Source: Myxococcales bacterium | GTDB taxonomy: Bacteria; Myxococcota_A; UBA9160; SZUA-336 | Direction: 5' to 3' | DNA length: 64,000 nt | Assembly: GCA_013215565.1 (NCBI GenBank) | Contig: JABSQV010000127.1 | Location: 2,339-66,338 of the forward strand | Shown here: positions 25,496 through 36,383 of the stretch, piece after piece | Numbering within the stretch: position 1 is the stretch's first letter | Layout of the letters: every line of letters starts with the position of its first letter | Made by a program: the position numbers and the translations under genes | Notes under the pieces: generated by a model | What the model was told of the DNA's origin: nothing | What the model saw: the letters and a program-made list of their open reading frames with translations, nothing else | Databases searched by the model: none

Positions 25496-27585
25496 GCGCC
25501 CTCACCTGCGAACTGCGAGGCGCTCAGCGGGACGGCTTCGGGAACCGCCTTCTGGACGGGTGCCTCCATACCCGGGAGGCGAATCGAAATCGCAGTGCCC
25601 TCGTTCGCGCGCGAACGGATCGAGATCGTGCCGCCGTGTGCTTGTACGATGCGCTCGCACAGCGCGAGGCCGAGCCCCGTGCCCGAGTCCTTGCGCGTGT
25701 AGAAGGGGACGAAGGCTCGCTCGAGGGTCGCTTCGTCCATCCCGGGACCGTCGTCTCGGACGTCGATCTCGATCCCGCCCTCGCAGCCACGCACGGCAAC
25801 GCGAATCCGGCCTCCGGTCGCGAGCGCCTCGTATGCGTTCTGCAGGACGTTGACGATGACGCGTTCGAGTTGATCCGTGTCTGCGGCGATGGAGGGGAGA
25901 GCTGGGTCGATCTCGAGATCGAGTTCCACCGGGTCTCGGGCATGATGCCGCGCGATGCCGTCCACGCAGTTGCGAATGAACCCCCCGATCTCATCGACTC
26001 GCGAGCGGCGCGTAGAAGGACGCGCGTAGTCCAGAAACGCGGCGAGCACCCGATCGAGGCGCGCGATCTCCTCGATGATGACTTCCCGGAATTCCTGCGA
26101 GTCGTCGGCGTCTGCATCCGCCTGCTGGCTCAGGACCTCTGCGGCCGCTCGGATCGTGGCGAGCGGATTGCGGAGTTCATGCGCCAGCCCTGCCGACATC
26201 TCGCCGAGGCACGCGAGGCGGTCGCGCGCCCGCACCTGCTCGAAGGTCTTGGAGTTCTCGATGCTGCGCCCGGCCAGGTCCGCCACCGAACGCAGCAGTT
26301 CGAGTTCGGCGGTAGAGAAAGGCTCGGGCGCGCGCGCATCCGTCAGGGTCCAGAAGCCCACGACCCGGCCGCCCGCTCGAAGCGGAAGCACGAACTGGGC
26401 ATCGAGTTCGCCCAGAATCCGGTTCAGCGTTTCGAGTTCGCGGGCGCGTTGGCGGTGGGCTTCCGAAGAGTGGGTCCGGACCTCGTCCAGTTCCTCGCCC
26501 AGTTCTTTGCGCTGAAGTACGGCTTCGCACTCGAGCGCTTCCGTAAACACCGGATCCCGAATCAGGTTGATGCGGGAGCGAGGCGGCAGGGCCAGGCTCG
26601 CGGCCTGCTGGAATCCGACCCGGGGATCCTCCCGCAGGTAGATCGCGGACGAGGTCACACGGTCAGTGCGTTCGAGCGTGCGCAGCAGTTCCGGAAGCAG
26701 CGACTCTAGCGTCACGAGTTGCGGCAGCCGAAGCTCAAGCTCCTGCAGCGTCCCCTCGAGTGCGACCTTCTCGGCCGACAGCCAGCGGTCGAGAATCCGA
26801 CGAAAACGACCCTGCAGCGGCGTGACGACGAGGAGCAGCGCGCAGGAGGCAATGAAGGCATTGAAGAGAAACAGTTCGAATCGGTCGCCGACCCAGATGT
26901 GAAGCAGCACGAACAAGCCCGCGAGTCCCCCCGCCAGCAGCGCCAGGCTTAGCGCATGCCCGATCAACTGCCGCACGTCGCCGACCGGCACCCGGGCCAG
27001 GATCAGGTAGCCCACATACAGGTAGGGCAGTGCGGCGATCAAGCTGGCGACCGGGGCCACGCCGACTCGCCAGAGTCCCGCATCGACGACGACCGCGCAG
27101 GCGAGCAGTCCGTGACAGAAGATGAGGTAGCGCAGGCGCCCGGCATTGGGGGTGTCCCCCTCGAGAATCGACGCGCGCCGGATCCAGAGCGGGTAGCCGG
27201 CGGCGCCCACCCAGGCGAGGGCCCAGACACGAGCGGCCCAGGTCGCAACGCCGGGCTGCAGCAGTCCGTATGCGAGCGCGAGCATCAAAAGCGGGATCCC
27301 AAGGCAGAGCGCGAGATCGAGCCTGGAGAAAACGGGCGCGCGTCCGGCCAGGCCACGGACGAAGCTCACACTGGCGGGACCCACGAGCAGCAGCCCCGCG
27401 GCGCAGGCGCTCTCGGCCCACGGGGCCCCGAGCGCGAGGGCTCCGCGTCCCGTCGCCCAGATCGTGAACGACAGCGTGAGCAGGCTGTACCGGACTGAGG
27501 CCGCGCCCCGCCGCTCCGCGAGCGCGGCAAACCACAGGCCGGCGGCAATTGCGGCTGCCATGAACGCGGTCTGGGTCTCCATCAT
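25492..27585 (-). CDS. multi-pass membrane sensor histidine kinase (HisKA + HATPase_c)
   Basis: ~8 transmembrane helices at the N-terminus, H-box LAHELRNPL, and G1/G2 boxes (DDGPGMD, GTGLGLAL). Start taken at the ATG at 27585 (MMETQ); the raw ORF extends to 27753. Confidence 0.85.
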   Translation of the reverse strand: MMETQTAFMAAAIAAGLWFAALAERRGAASVRYSLLTLSFTIWATGRGALALGAPWAESACAAGLLLVGPASVSFVRGLAGRAPVFSRLDLALCLGIPLLMLALAYGLLQPGVATWAARVWALAWVGAAGYPLWIRRASILEGDTPNAGRLRYLIFCHGLLACAVVVDAGLWRVGVAPVASLIAALPYLYVGYLILARVPVGDVRQLIGHALSLALLAGGLAGLFVLLHIWVGDRFELFLFNAFIASCALLLVVTPLQGRFRRILDRWLSAEKVALEGTLQELELRLPQLVTLESLLPELLRTLERTDRVTSSAIYLREDPRVGFQQAASLALPPRSRINLIRDPVFTEALECEAVLQRKELGEELDEVRTHSSEAHRQRARELETLNRILGELDAQFVLPLRAGGRVVGFWTLTDARAPEPFSTAELELLRSVADLAGRSIENSKTFEQVRARDRLACLGEMSAGLAHELRNPLATIRAAAEVLSQQADADADDSQEFREVIIEEIARLDRVLAAFLDYARPSTRRSRVDEIGGFIRNCVDGIARHHARDPVELDLEIDPALPSIAADTDQLERVIVNVLQNAYEALATGGRIRVAVRGCEGGIEIDVRDDGPGMDEATLERAFVPFYTRKDSGTGLGLALCERIVQAHGGTISIRSRANEGTAISIRLPGMEAPVQKAVPEAVPLSASQFAGEGA

Positions 27586-27836
27586 GCGGGGTCCACCGTC
27601 GGTCGAGATCTGTCCTATCCTTCGGGAGTCCGGGGGATCGGCTTGATCCGGCCCTCTCCATTTAGACGTCTGGATCGCGCGGATGCATCGATTCGGCGCC
27701 CGCTGCGGGACCCGGTTTGACAGCCGCGGAGCTGACGAGTAGGTTCGCTGCAAGTGCCTGATTTAGAAACATTTTTTCGGAATCTCGCGGGTCTGCACCG
27801 GGCCCTTGGCCGGCCGCTCCGCGCGCGAGCTGGAAC

Positions 27837-29054
27837 TTGAGTTCCCGTCGCGTCGTACTCGGGATCTCAGGCGGCATCGCCGCCTACAAGTCCTGCGAGC
27901 TGATCCGTCAGCTCCGCAGCCGCGGCCACGCCGTACGCGTGGTCGCCACCCGCAACGCGCTCGAATTCGTGCCTGTTCTGACACTTCAAACGCTTTCGGG
28001 GCATGCGGTTCGTTCCGAGCTCTTCTCGCCCGGGGAGGAATCGCAGATTTCGCACATCGAGCTCGCGGACTGGGCCGAGTTGGTGCTGATCGCACCGGCG
28101 ACGGCCGGCGTCCTGGCCCGGCTGGCCCTCGGATTGGCGGACGACCTGCTCGCCACCGTCTGCCTGGCCACCCGGGCGCCGCTGGTCGTAGCGCCCGCGA
28201 TGAACCTCAACATGTGGGAACATCCGGCCACCCAGGAGAACCTGGGTCTGCTGGCGAAGCGCGGGGCCCACGTGGTCGAGCCGGCGTCCGGAGAGCTGGC
28301 CTGCGGCTGGGAAGGGGTAGGGCGACTCGCGGATCTCGACCGCATCCTGGGCCTCGTCGAGCGCGTACTCGGGGATCGCAGTCTCGAGGGTGAGGTCGTG
28401 CTCGTGACCGCGGGACCCACCGTGGAAGCCGTCGACCCGGTCCGGGTTCTGACGAACCGTTCATCGGGTCGCATGGGCTTTGCGCTGGCCGAGGAAGCGG
28501 CTCGGCGCGGCGCCGAGGTGGTGTTGGTGGCGGGTCCGGTTGCGCTCTCGTCTCCTCCCGGGATCGAACGGATCGACGTGGAGACCGCGGCAGAAATGCG
28601 CGACGCGGTGCTTTCGGAGCTGGACCGGTCGACGATCGTGCTCAAAGCGGCCGCGGTGTCCGACTTCCGCGTGACGGAACCGACTACCCAGAAGCTCAAG
28701 CGCGAGAAGATCGCGCGGGACGGGCAGGAACTGGTGCTGCGCCTGGTCCCGAACCCGGACATCGTGGCCGAGGTGCATGCCCGTCGCAGCGGCCAGATGC
28801 TGGTCGCGTTCGCGGCCGAAACCGAGTCCGTGCTGGAGCACGCGCGCGCGAAGCTCGAGCGCAAGGGCTGCGACCTGATCGTGGCCAACGACGTTTCGCG
28901 CAGCGACCTCGGTTTCGACTCCGATCGAAACGAGGTGTGGATCCTGGGGCCAGACGCCGCGGACGAGGTCCACGTCCCCGCGACTTCAAAGCTCGAGGTC
29001 GCGGGCCGCATCCTCGACCGCGTGCAAGAGCTGCGGAAGCGGCGCCCGGAATGA
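27837..29054 (+). CDS. coaBC: bifunctional phosphopantothenoylcysteine decarboxylase / phosphopantothenate--cysteine ligase
   Basis: Flavoprotein N-terminal domain (GISGGIAAYK) + DFP C-terminal domain. TTG start. Confidence 0.9.
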   Translation: MSSRRVVLGISGGIAAYKSCELIRQLRSRGHAVRVVATRNALEFVPVLTLQTLSGHAVRSELFSPGEESQISHIELADWAELVLIAPATAGVLARLALGLADDLLATVCLATRAPLVVAPAMNLNMWEHPATQENLGLLAKRGAHVVEPASGELACGWEGVGRLADLDRILGLVERVLGDRSLEGEVVLVTAGPTVEAVDPVRVLTNRSSGRMGFALAEEAARRGAEVVLVAGPVALSSPPGIERIDVETAAEMRDAVLSELDRSTIVLKAAAVSDFRVTEPTTQKLKREKIARDGQELVLRLVPNPDIVAEVHARRSGQMLVAFAAETESVLEHARAKLERKGCDLIVANDVSRSDLGFDSDRNEVWILGPDAADEVHVPATSKLEVAGRILDRVQELRKRRPE

Positions 29055-30490
29055 GCTGCGACCGGTCACTGCTCGTCGCCGCCCTGGCCGGCATCGGGAT
29101 GCTGGCCCTGGCCGGGGGATTCGGAGCCCGTGCGGCGCCGGCCGGCAGCGTGTACGTCGCCACGATCTCGGGTGCGATCAACCCCGCCGTCTCGGACTAC
29201 CTGAGTTCGGCCATCGCCGAGGCGGAGCGGGACGGGGCCCACGCACTCGTGCTCGAACTCGACACGCCCGGCGGATTGCTCTCGTCCACCAAGGACATGG
29301 TGAGCGAGATCCTGAACGCCCGGATTCCGGTGATCGTGTTCGTCTCGCCGCGCGGAGCCTGGGCCGGATCGGCCGGAACCTTCATCACGCTGGCAGGCCA
29401 CATCGCCGCGATGGCACCCGGCACGACGATCGGGGCTGCGCATCCGGTTTCGATGCTTCCCGGTGGGACGCCGCCTGGGGTGCCGCCCGCCGAGCCCGGG
29501 AGCGAGGACGACGAGGAGCAGGCCGGGAACGGCGCCGCTGCGCCGCCGGCCGTGCGAGATCCGAGCGCGGACAAGATCGAGAACGCGGCGGCTGCCTTCA
29601 TCAGCGCGATCGCCGAGGAGCGCGACCGCAACGTCGAGTGGGCCGTGGATGCGGTCCGGAACTCCGTCGCGATCACCCAGTCGGAAGCGCTCGAAAAGCA
29701 CGTCATCGATCTGGTTGCGGAGGATCTCGATCACCTGCTCGAACTAATTCACGGGCGCCTCGTGAAGGTCGGGCGGGACGAGGTCGAACTCGTGACCGAG
29801 GGCGCGAACCTGGTTCACCTCGAAATGGGCTTCGTGAACCGGATCTTCGACGTGATTTCCGACCCGAACATTCTGCTGCTGCTGATCTTTGCGGGAATGC
29901 TCGGTCTCTACGTCGAGTTCAACAATCCCGGAATGATCTTCCCGGGTGTCGCGGGCCTGCTCGCCATGGTCCTGGCCGGGCTGGGGCTCCAGGTGATCCC
30001 GTTCAACTGGATCGGACTGCTGCTGATCTTGATCGGGGTCGCCCTGATGGTGGCCGAGGTGTTCGTCTCCAGTTTCGGGGTCCTTTTCGCGAGTGGAATC
30101 GCGGCTCTGGCGGCGGGGGGCTACCTGGTCTTCGACGTCCCGGAGTTGGAATTCGTGGAGGTCCGGTTTCTCGAGGTGGTGCTGCCCGCCGTGGGCGTGC
30201 TGGCGCTGTTCGGGGGTTTCGTGGTCTTCTCCCTTTCGCGTAGCCTGTTCGCGGCCCAGGTGGCCGGAGCGGAGGGACTGGTGGGAGAAACCGGTGTGGT
30301 CGATCGCGCGATCGATTCCGGGACGAGTCCGGCCGGAAAACTCGACGGGCGCGTGCTTCTGCGGGGCGAACTCTGGACCGCGGAGTCGGATCGGGCAATT
30401 TCCAAGGGATCCCGGGTCCGGATCGTCTCGATCCGCGACCTGGTACTCCGGGTCGCGCCGGTTTCTGAAACTTCTGAGGAGCAGATATGA
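29051..30490 (+). CDS. NfeD-family membrane-bound serine protease (stomatin operon partner)
   Basis: ClpP-like periplasmic domain, multi-transmembrane core and C-terminal OB-fold. ATGA overlap with the coaBC stop. Confidence 0.85.
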   Translation: MSCDRSLLVAALAGIGMLALAGGFGARAAPAGSVYVATISGAINPAVSDYLSSAIAEAERDGAHALVLELDTPGGLLSSTKDMVSEILNARIPVIVFVSPRGAWAGSAGTFITLAGHIAAMAPGTTIGAAHPVSMLPGGTPPGVPPAEPGSEDDEEQAGNGAAAPPAVRDPSADKIENAAAAFISAIAEERDRNVEWAVDAVRNSVAITQSEALEKHVIDLVAEDLDHLLELIHGRLVKVGRDEVELVTEGANLVHLEMGFVNRIFDVISDPNILLLLIFAGMLGLYVEFNNPGMIFPGVAGLLAMVLAGLGLQVIPFNWIGLLLILIGVALMVAEVFVSSFGVLFASGIAALAAGGYLVFDVPELEFVEVRFLEVVLPAVGVLALFGGFVVFSLSRSLFAAQVAGAEGLVGETGVVDRAIDSGTSPAGKLDGRVLLRGELWTAESDRAISKGSRVRIVSIRDLVLRVAPVSETSEEQI

Positions 30491-31281
30491 TGCCAGTGCT
30501 CGTCATCGTTCTCTTTGCGCTCGGCTTCTTCATGGCCGGGGTCCGAATTCTCAACGAGTACGAACGGGGGGTGATCTTCCGGCTCGGACGCTTCGCGGGA
30601 ATCAAATCGGCGGGACTCAAGTGGATCATTCCGCTCGTGGACCGGATGGTCAAAGTCGGTCTCCGCGAGATCGTGATGGACGTCCCGACACAGGACATCA
30701 TCACGCGCGACAACGTTTCGGTGAAGGTCAACGCGGTCATCTATTTCCGGGTTCTGCATCCGGAAAATGCCGTGATCAAGGTCGAGAACTTCATGTACGG
30801 CACCTCGCAACTCGCGCAGACGACGCTCCGGAGCGTGTGCGGGGCCGCCGAGCTCGATGAACTGCTCGCCGAGCGGGAAGTGCTGAATCGCTCACTTCAG
30901 GAGGAGCTCGACCGCGGCACCGACCCCTGGGGGGTGAAGGTCCGGGCCGTCGAGATCAAGCACATCGATCTCCCGCATGACATGCAGCGGGCGATGGCCA
31001 AGCAGGCCGAGGCGGAGCGGGAGCGACGCGCGAAGATCATCCACTCCGAAGGGGAGTTCCAGGCTTCGGAGCGGCTGCGGGCGGCCTCCGAGATCATGCG
31101 GCAGTCGCCGTATACGCTCCAGTTGCGCTACCTGCAGACCCTGGCCGAGATCGCGACGGAGCAGAATTCGACCATCATCTTCCCGCTCCCGATCGATCTG
31201 GTGAAGCACCTGGTGGATCCGACGCCCGGAGACCCGGAGCCGCCCCGTCCGGCGAAACCGCTACCGACCGACGAACCCTGA
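30487..31281 (+). CDS. SPFH/Band-7 stomatin-like protein
   Basis: [17 protein letters not shown]...[17 protein letters not shown], typical of stomatin/PHB proteins. Coupled to nfeD. Confidence 0.9.
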   Translation: MMPVLVIVLFALGFFMAGVRILNEYERGVIFRLGRFAGIKSAGLKWIIPLVDRMVKVGLREIVMDVPTQDIITRDNVSVKVNAVIYFRVLHPENAVIKVENFMYGTSQLAQTTLRSVCGAAELDELLAEREVLNRSLQEELDRGTDPWGVKVRAVEIKHIDLPHDMQRAMAKQAEAERERRAKIIHSEGEFQASERLRAASEIMRQSPYTLQLRYLQTLAEIATEQNSTIIFPLPIDLVKHLVDPTPGDPEPPRPAKPLPTDEP

Positions 31282-31323
31282 TCCGGAAGGGGACGGGATC
31301 GTGAACGAGAAGGTGGGGGGCCG

Positions 31324-32265
31324 ATGCTGAGGCGCTTGGGCCGATCGCTGGTCGTGCTGGTGATGCTGGCGCTCGTCGGCGGGTACGCGGCGATCGGCGT
31401 CTTCGCCGTGGCGCCGGACGAGCAGGCGGTGATTCTGCGTCTCGGGCGCTACCTGCGCACCGAGGGCCCCGGGCTCCACTGGTACGCGTTCGGACTGGAG
31501 AAGGTCGAGACGCGTCCCGTCACGCGGGCCGAACAGATGGAGTTCGGATTCCGGACCCTCGATCCCGGACCCCCGCCCAGCTACGAGGACCGGCCGAACG
31601 AAAAACGCATGATCACGAACGACGAGAATCTACTAGCGGTCGAGTTCGTCGTTCAATACCGGATCAACGACCTCTACCAGTACCTGTTCAAGGTTCAGGA
31701 CTCGAAGAGCGTGATCCGGGACGTCTCCGAGACCGTGATGCGCGAACTCGTGGCCCTTCACAAAGTCGATGAGGTCATGACCAGCGTGCGGGGGCCAATT
31801 CAAGCCGACGCGCAACTCGAAATCCAACGCTTGCTGGATTCCTACGGTGCGGGCGTCCTGGTCCAGACCGTGCAGCTCCAGGACGTCGAACCACTGGAAC
31901 CGGTCAAGGATGCTTTTGCCGCGGTTGCGAGTGCGGTCCAGGATCGCGAACGCGTGATTCTCGACGCCCGGGGATACGCCGAGCAGGTGATTCCCGAGGC
32001 TCGGGGAGAGGCCGAGCGAACCCTCAACCAGGCGAAGGCCTACCGTTCGGAGCGAATTCTGATTGCCGAGGGCAAGACGGACCGCTTCACGGCACTGCTC
32101 TTCGAATACCTGAAACAGCCCGAAGTTACGCGCCAGCGCCTACACCTCGAAACCCTGGAGGAAGTTCTACCCGGCATCGACAAGGTCGTGATCGAGAAAG
32201 GCCACGCCGCACAGGTGCTCCCTTACCTGCCGGTCGGGAAGGCCAGCAGGAGCAACGCACCATGA
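31324..32265 (+). CDS. hflK: FtsH protease modulator HflK
   Basis: SPFH domain with an N-terminal transmembrane segment, followed by hflC. Confidence 0.8.
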   Translation: MLRRLGRSLVVLVMLALVGGYAAIGVFAVAPDEQAVILRLGRYLRTEGPGLHWYAFGLEKVETRPVTRAEQMEFGFRTLDPGPPPSYEDRPNEKRMITNDENLLAVEFVVQYRINDLYQYLFKVQDSKSVIRDVSETVMRELVALHKVDEVMTSVRGPIQADAQLEIQRLLDSYGAGVLVQTVQLQDVEPLEPVKDAFAAVASAVQDRERVILDARGYAEQVIPEARGEAERTLNQAKAYRSERILIAEGKTDRFTALLFEYLKQPEVTRQRLHLETLEEVLPGIDKVVIEKGHAAQVLPYLPVGKASRSNAP

Positions 32266-33161
32266 CTCGCGGGCTGGTATTGCTGCTGCTCCTGGCCGCC
32301 CTCGGAGTCGGGGCCTCCTTCTGCATCGTGATCCTCGATGAACGCGAACAGGGGTTCCGAACGCTTCTGAGTTCGCCCGAGTATTCGGTTTTCGGCTTTC
32401 AGCTCAACCAGGCGGTGCTCGACGAGCCGGGTTGGTATGTGCGGATTCCCGGGATCCACCGGATCTACCGGTTCGAGCGCCGCCGGCTTCACTACGATTC
32501 GGAAGCCCGCGAGCTCCAGACCATCAACAAGCTGTTGCTCGAGGTCGATTACTACGTGCTCTGGCGGATCGACGATCCGCGCAAGTTCTTCGAGAGCGTG
32601 CGCAGCATCCCAGAGGCGACCAGGCGGCTCGACGCCGTCAGCTACGGAGAATTGCGGCGGCGGATCGCCCAGAACTCGCTCGCGGACCTGCTCTCGAACC
32701 GGCGCGCGGAGCTTGCGGGCGAGATTACGCTCGCCTGTGACGAGGCGTTGAAGCCGCTCGGAATCCGAGTGGAGGACCTACGCATCCGGCGCGTCGACTA
32801 CCCCGAGAGCAACCTCACGCAGATCTTCGAGCGCATGCGCGCGGAGCGGAACCGCTTTGCGCGGAAGGCGCGTGCCGAAGGCGAGGAGGAAGCCCGCAGG
32901 ATCCGGTCCATGGCTGACCGAGATAGCCAGGTGCTGCTGGCGGAGGCGACGCGAACCGCGCTTGCGGCGCGCGGCGAGGGGGACGCCCTCGCAGCCCGGA
33001 TCTATGCCGACGCCTACGCGCAGGATCCGGAGTTCTACGCCTTCGTTCGGAGCCTAGAGGCCTACCGCAAGGCACTCGACAGCGAGACGACCCTGATCCT
33101 GTCGCCGCAGAGTCCCTTCCTCCGGTATCTGTTCGACGGGGTCACCCCGCCTACTCGCTGA
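32262..33161 (+). CDS. hflC: FtsH protease modulator HflC
   Basis: SPFH domain, translationally coupled to hflK. Confidence 0.8.
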   Translation: MTRGLVLLLLLAALGVGASFCIVILDEREQGFRTLLSSPEYSVFGFQLNQAVLDEPGWYVRIPGIHRIYRFERRRLHYDSEARELQTINKLLLEVDYYVLWRIDDPRKFFESVRSIPEATRRLDAVSYGELRRRIAQNSLADLLSNRRAELAGEITLACDEALKPLGIRVEDLRIRRVDYPESNLTQIFERMRAERNRFARKARAEGEEEARRIRSMADRDSQVLLAEATRTALAARGEGDALAARIYADAYAQDPEFYAFVRSLEAYRKALDSETTLILSPQSPFLRYLFDGVTPPTR

Positions 33162-34224
33162 GCGCGCGAAAGCGCCAGACCCCAATGCCCAGCGCCGCCA
33201 GTACCGTGCCCCAGATCGGAAAGGCAGGCGGGAGCAGACCGGTGCGCGCGATCAGAAGCGCTCCAGTGAAGCACGCAAGGAACAGTCCCCCCAGACTCAA
33301 CGAGGCCAGCAGGGCACGCGGGAGGGAGTCCCCGCGCTCCGCGTCCGGAATCGAGAACGGAATCGCGAAGAGCACCAGGATCAGGATCGAGAGGGGCTGC
33401 GCAATCCGACCGTGCAGTGCCGCCTCGGCCGGCGCGACCGAGGCGGGATCGCCCGGGTGCTGCCGGAGTTCCCGGACCAGCCGGTGGAGGGTCGTCGTCT
33501 CCGCGGACGGCAGATTGCGCCAGAGGCTCCCGCTCGTGACGCCGAGGTCGAGCGTCAGGCTCTGAGCGGTCTCCCGTTCGAGTCGGTCCCCGGGCTTGAA
33601 CTCGCGCACCACGGCATCGTCGAAGGCCCAGAGCGTCTCCTCGACCAGTCTGGCCTCCCGCGCATCGATCCGCCGGTGGATCCGCCGCTTGTCGTCGAAC
33701 TCGAACACGGTCACCTGCTCCAGGCTCCCCCGCTTGCCGCTGTAGCCCGAGGCAATGAAGATGCTCGAACCGTCCGAGTACCAGAAACGATCCTGGAAGC
33801 GCTCCAGCGTTCCGATCGATGAGGCCATCTGCGTTTCGGAGCGCTCGAGGGCGGCCCGCCGAATCGGCACGATCACCCGGTCCTCGAACAGGAGCAGCAG
33901 ACCTCCGAGCGCCAGGCTCGCGACCAGCACCGGGAGCAGGGCCCGTCTCAACGCAACTCCGCCGCAGCGAATCGCCGTGATCTCACGGAAGTGGACTGCC
34001 CGGCTGAGGCTCCAGACAGCGCCTACCAGGCACGAGACGGGAAGCCCGAGGGGCACGACGTCGAGGGCGCGCAGCACGGCCTCGAGGCCCCCGGTCGAGT
34101 CCTTGCTGAAGTCGTCGAGGTGCAGGACCGAATCCGCCGCAACCCAGGTGACGACCAGGCCGAAGAAGAAGAGCGCTGACGCCTGGAGAAACTGCGTGAG
34201 CAAGTAGCGCGAGATCAGACTCAC
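33151..34224 (-). CDS. LptF/LptG-family (YjgP/YjgQ) permease
   Basis: 357 aa; six transmembrane helices with a large periplasmic loop between helices 3 and 4. Confidence 0.8.
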   Translation of the reverse strand: MSLISRYLLTQFLQASALFFFGLVVTWVAADSVLHLDDFSKDSTGGLEAVLRALDVVPLGLPVSCLVGAVWSLSRAVHFREITAIRCGGVALRRALLPVLVASLALGGLLLLFEDRVIVPIRRAALERSETQMASSIGTLERFQDRFWYSDGSSIFIASGYSGKRGSLEQVTVFEFDDKRRIHRRIDAREARLVEETLWAFDDAVVREFKPGDRLERETAQSLTLDLGVTSGSLWRNLPSAETTTLHRLVRELRQHPGDPASVAPAEAALHGRIAQPLSILILVLFAIPFSIPDAERGDSLPRALLASLSLGGLFLACFTGALLIARTGLLPPAFPIWGTVLAALGIGVWRFRALSE

Positions 34225-34309
34225 CCGGGACCGCCTCCCTCGGGGCAGAGGGTACGCGGGTGCGGCGACGTTGCAAGCAGCCCGAGGACGCCGTAAATAG
34301 AGGTTCCCT

Positions 34310-35260
34310 ATGCGGATTCTACACGGGAGCGAGTCCGTCTCGGAGTCGGACCAAGGCGCGGTCCTGACGATCGGGAACTTCGATGGTGTACACCGCGGTC
34401 ATCAGGCCCTGATCGCGTCCGTGACCCAGACCGCGCGTGAGGTGGGCTGTCGCGCATGCCTGTACACCTTCGATCCGCATCCGCGCCGGGTACTGGCGCC
34501 GGAACGAGGTGAACGGCTGCTGATGACTCCGGCTCAACTCGAGCAGGCGCTCGAGTCCTTGGGGGTCGATCTCCTGATTCGGGAGCCGTTCACGCAGAGC
34601 TTCGCGAAGCAGAGTGCGGAAGAATTCCTGACGCAGGTGATCCAGCAGCGGCTGCGGCCCCACCGGATCTTCGTCGGCGGCGGGTTCCACTTCGGGAAGG
34701 GCCGGGCGGGATCGGCCGAGACCCTGCGGGGCCTGGCACCTCGCCTGGGCATGCGGGTCGACGTGATCCCGCAGGTCCAGGTCGGGGAGGTGGATGCTTC
34801 GAGCACCCGCATCCGCCGGGCGGTTTCGGAAGGGGAGGTCGCCGAGGCGACCCGCTGCCTCGGTCGCCCGTACTCGATCTGGGGCCGGGTCGTTCACGGA
34901 GATCACCGGGGACGCGCCCTGGGCTTTCCGACCGCGAACCTCGAGACCGAAAACGAATTGCTTCCGGCCCTCGGAGTTTACGCTTCGACTGTGCGCCTGC
35001 TCGAGGGGGGCCGGCCGGCGGGGGAGCCGCTCCGCGCGGTCACCAACGTGGGCACCCGGCCGACCTTCGAGGCCGGCCAGGTGCTGACCGAGGTACACCT
35101 GCTCGGATTCGAGGGCGACCTCTACGGCCGCGAACTCGCCGTCGATTTCCACGAACGAATTCGCGAGGAGCGGAAGTTTTCCGGACCCGAGGCTCTTCGC
35201 GAGCAGATCGCGGCCGATTCCGACCGCGCGCTGCAACTGCTCGAAGCGCGCGAGTCATAG
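34310..35260 (+). CDS. ribF: bifunctional riboflavin kinase / FAD synthetase
   Basis: TIGNFDGVHRGHQ N-terminus and a C-terminal riboflavin kinase domain (PTANL...E.H.LGF). Confidence 0.9.
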   Translation: MRILHGSESVSESDQGAVLTIGNFDGVHRGHQALIASVTQTAREVGCRACLYTFDPHPRRVLAPERGERLLMTPAQLEQALESLGVDLLIREPFTQSFAKQSAEEFLTQVIQQRLRPHRIFVGGGFHFGKGRAGSAETLRGLAPRLGMRVDVIPQVQVGEVDASSTRIRRAVSEGEVAEATRCLGRPYSIWGRVVHGDHRGRALGFPTANLETENELLPALGVYASTVRLLEGGRPAGEPLRAVTNVGTRPTFEAGQVLTEVHLLGFEGDLYGRELAVDFHERIREERKFSGPEALREQIAADSDRALQLLEARES

Positions 35261-35263
35261 GGC

Positions 35264-36307
35264 ATGGCCCGGCTGCGTGTCTACGATTGGCGAATCTGGG
35301 TAGGTTTCGGCATCACGGTCGCTGCGATTGCCTGGACCGTTCGCGGCATCACGCTCTCGGAGGTGATCCGGAGCCTAGCGAGTGCCACGCTCTGGCCGCT
35401 CATGCTGGTTCCCGTGATCCAGATCCTGGGCCTGTGGTTGCGATCTCTGCGCTGGGGTGTGCTCTTGCGCTCCCTTTCCGACACGCCGATCCAGCTGGGG
35501 CTTCTGTTTCGGGCGACCTCGGTGGGGTTCATGGTCATGAACCTGTTGCCCTTCCGGATCGGCGAACTCGCGCGCCCCTGGCTGCTCTCGCGCGAAACCG
35601 AGATCCGCGGAACCGCGGCGCTCGGAACGGTCGTGCTGGAACGGGCCATCGACTTCACCGCCCTGGCCGTGATTGGAAGCTTTGTCATCTTCTCCCACCA
35701 GGACTCGCTGCCCGGATGGGTTCGAACCGGGGCTCTGATCTTTGCTCTCCTGTCCTGCATCCCGCTCGGACTGGCCGTACTGCTGCGGCGCGACGAGGGA
35801 GCGCTATTGCGTCTGACGGACGTAATCCTGCGCCTCGGACCCGAAGCGATCGCTGCACCGGGCCGGGACTTCGCGGCGCAGCTGTCGCTCGGACTCAACT
35901 CGCTCAAGTCCGGCCGCGATGGGCTCCGGGTACTCTTCTACACCTTCCTGATCTGGGGCGTTCTCTTTCCGATCCCGTATGCGCTCGGGCTGCTGGCTTT
36001 CGGGATCGAGTTGCCGCTTCCTGATCTGTTCCTGGCGACTTTTACCACGCACGTGCTGGCCGCGCTCGCGGTCGCGGCCCCCTCTGCGCCGGGCTTCTTC
36101 GGCGTCTTTCACTTCGCATGCCGGGAGTCCCTCGCGCTCTTCGGAATTCCGCCCGCAATCGCGGTTGCTTACGGCACGGCTCTGCATCTTGGCTACTGGA
36201 TTCCCGTGACCTTGGTGGGACTCGTGTGCGCCTTTCGCTCCGGCACCCGCATCCTCGAACTCGCCGACGCTGATCTCGGTAAAGCTCCCTCCGGGCCGCA
36301 CCGATAA
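35264..36307 (+). CDS. lysylphosphatidylglycerol-synthase-TM-like (UPF0104) integral membrane protein
   Basis: 347 aa, ~8 transmembrane helices with a flippase-like domain signature. Confidence 0.7.
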   Translation: MARLRVYDWRIWVGFGITVAAIAWTVRGITLSEVIRSLASATLWPLMLVPVIQILGLWLRSLRWGVLLRSLSDTPIQLGLLFRATSVGFMVMNLLPFRIGELARPWLLSRETEIRGTAALGTVVLERAIDFTALAVIGSFVIFSHQDSLPGWVRTGALIFALLSCIPLGLAVLLRRDEGALLRLTDVILRLGPEAIAAPGRDFAAQLSLGLNSLKSGRDGLRVLFYTFLIWGVLFPIPYALGLLAFGIELPLPDLFLATFTTHVLAALAVAAPSAPGFFGVFHFACRESLALFGIPPAIAVAYGTALHLGYWIPVTLVGLVCAFRSGTRILELADADLGKAPSGPHR

Positions 36308-36383
36308 ATCCCCGCGGAACCCGGTGTTAGCCCTGTCGCCCTCCGGCGATTCTGCGGCTCACGCGGTGACAGCGGAGGGATCC

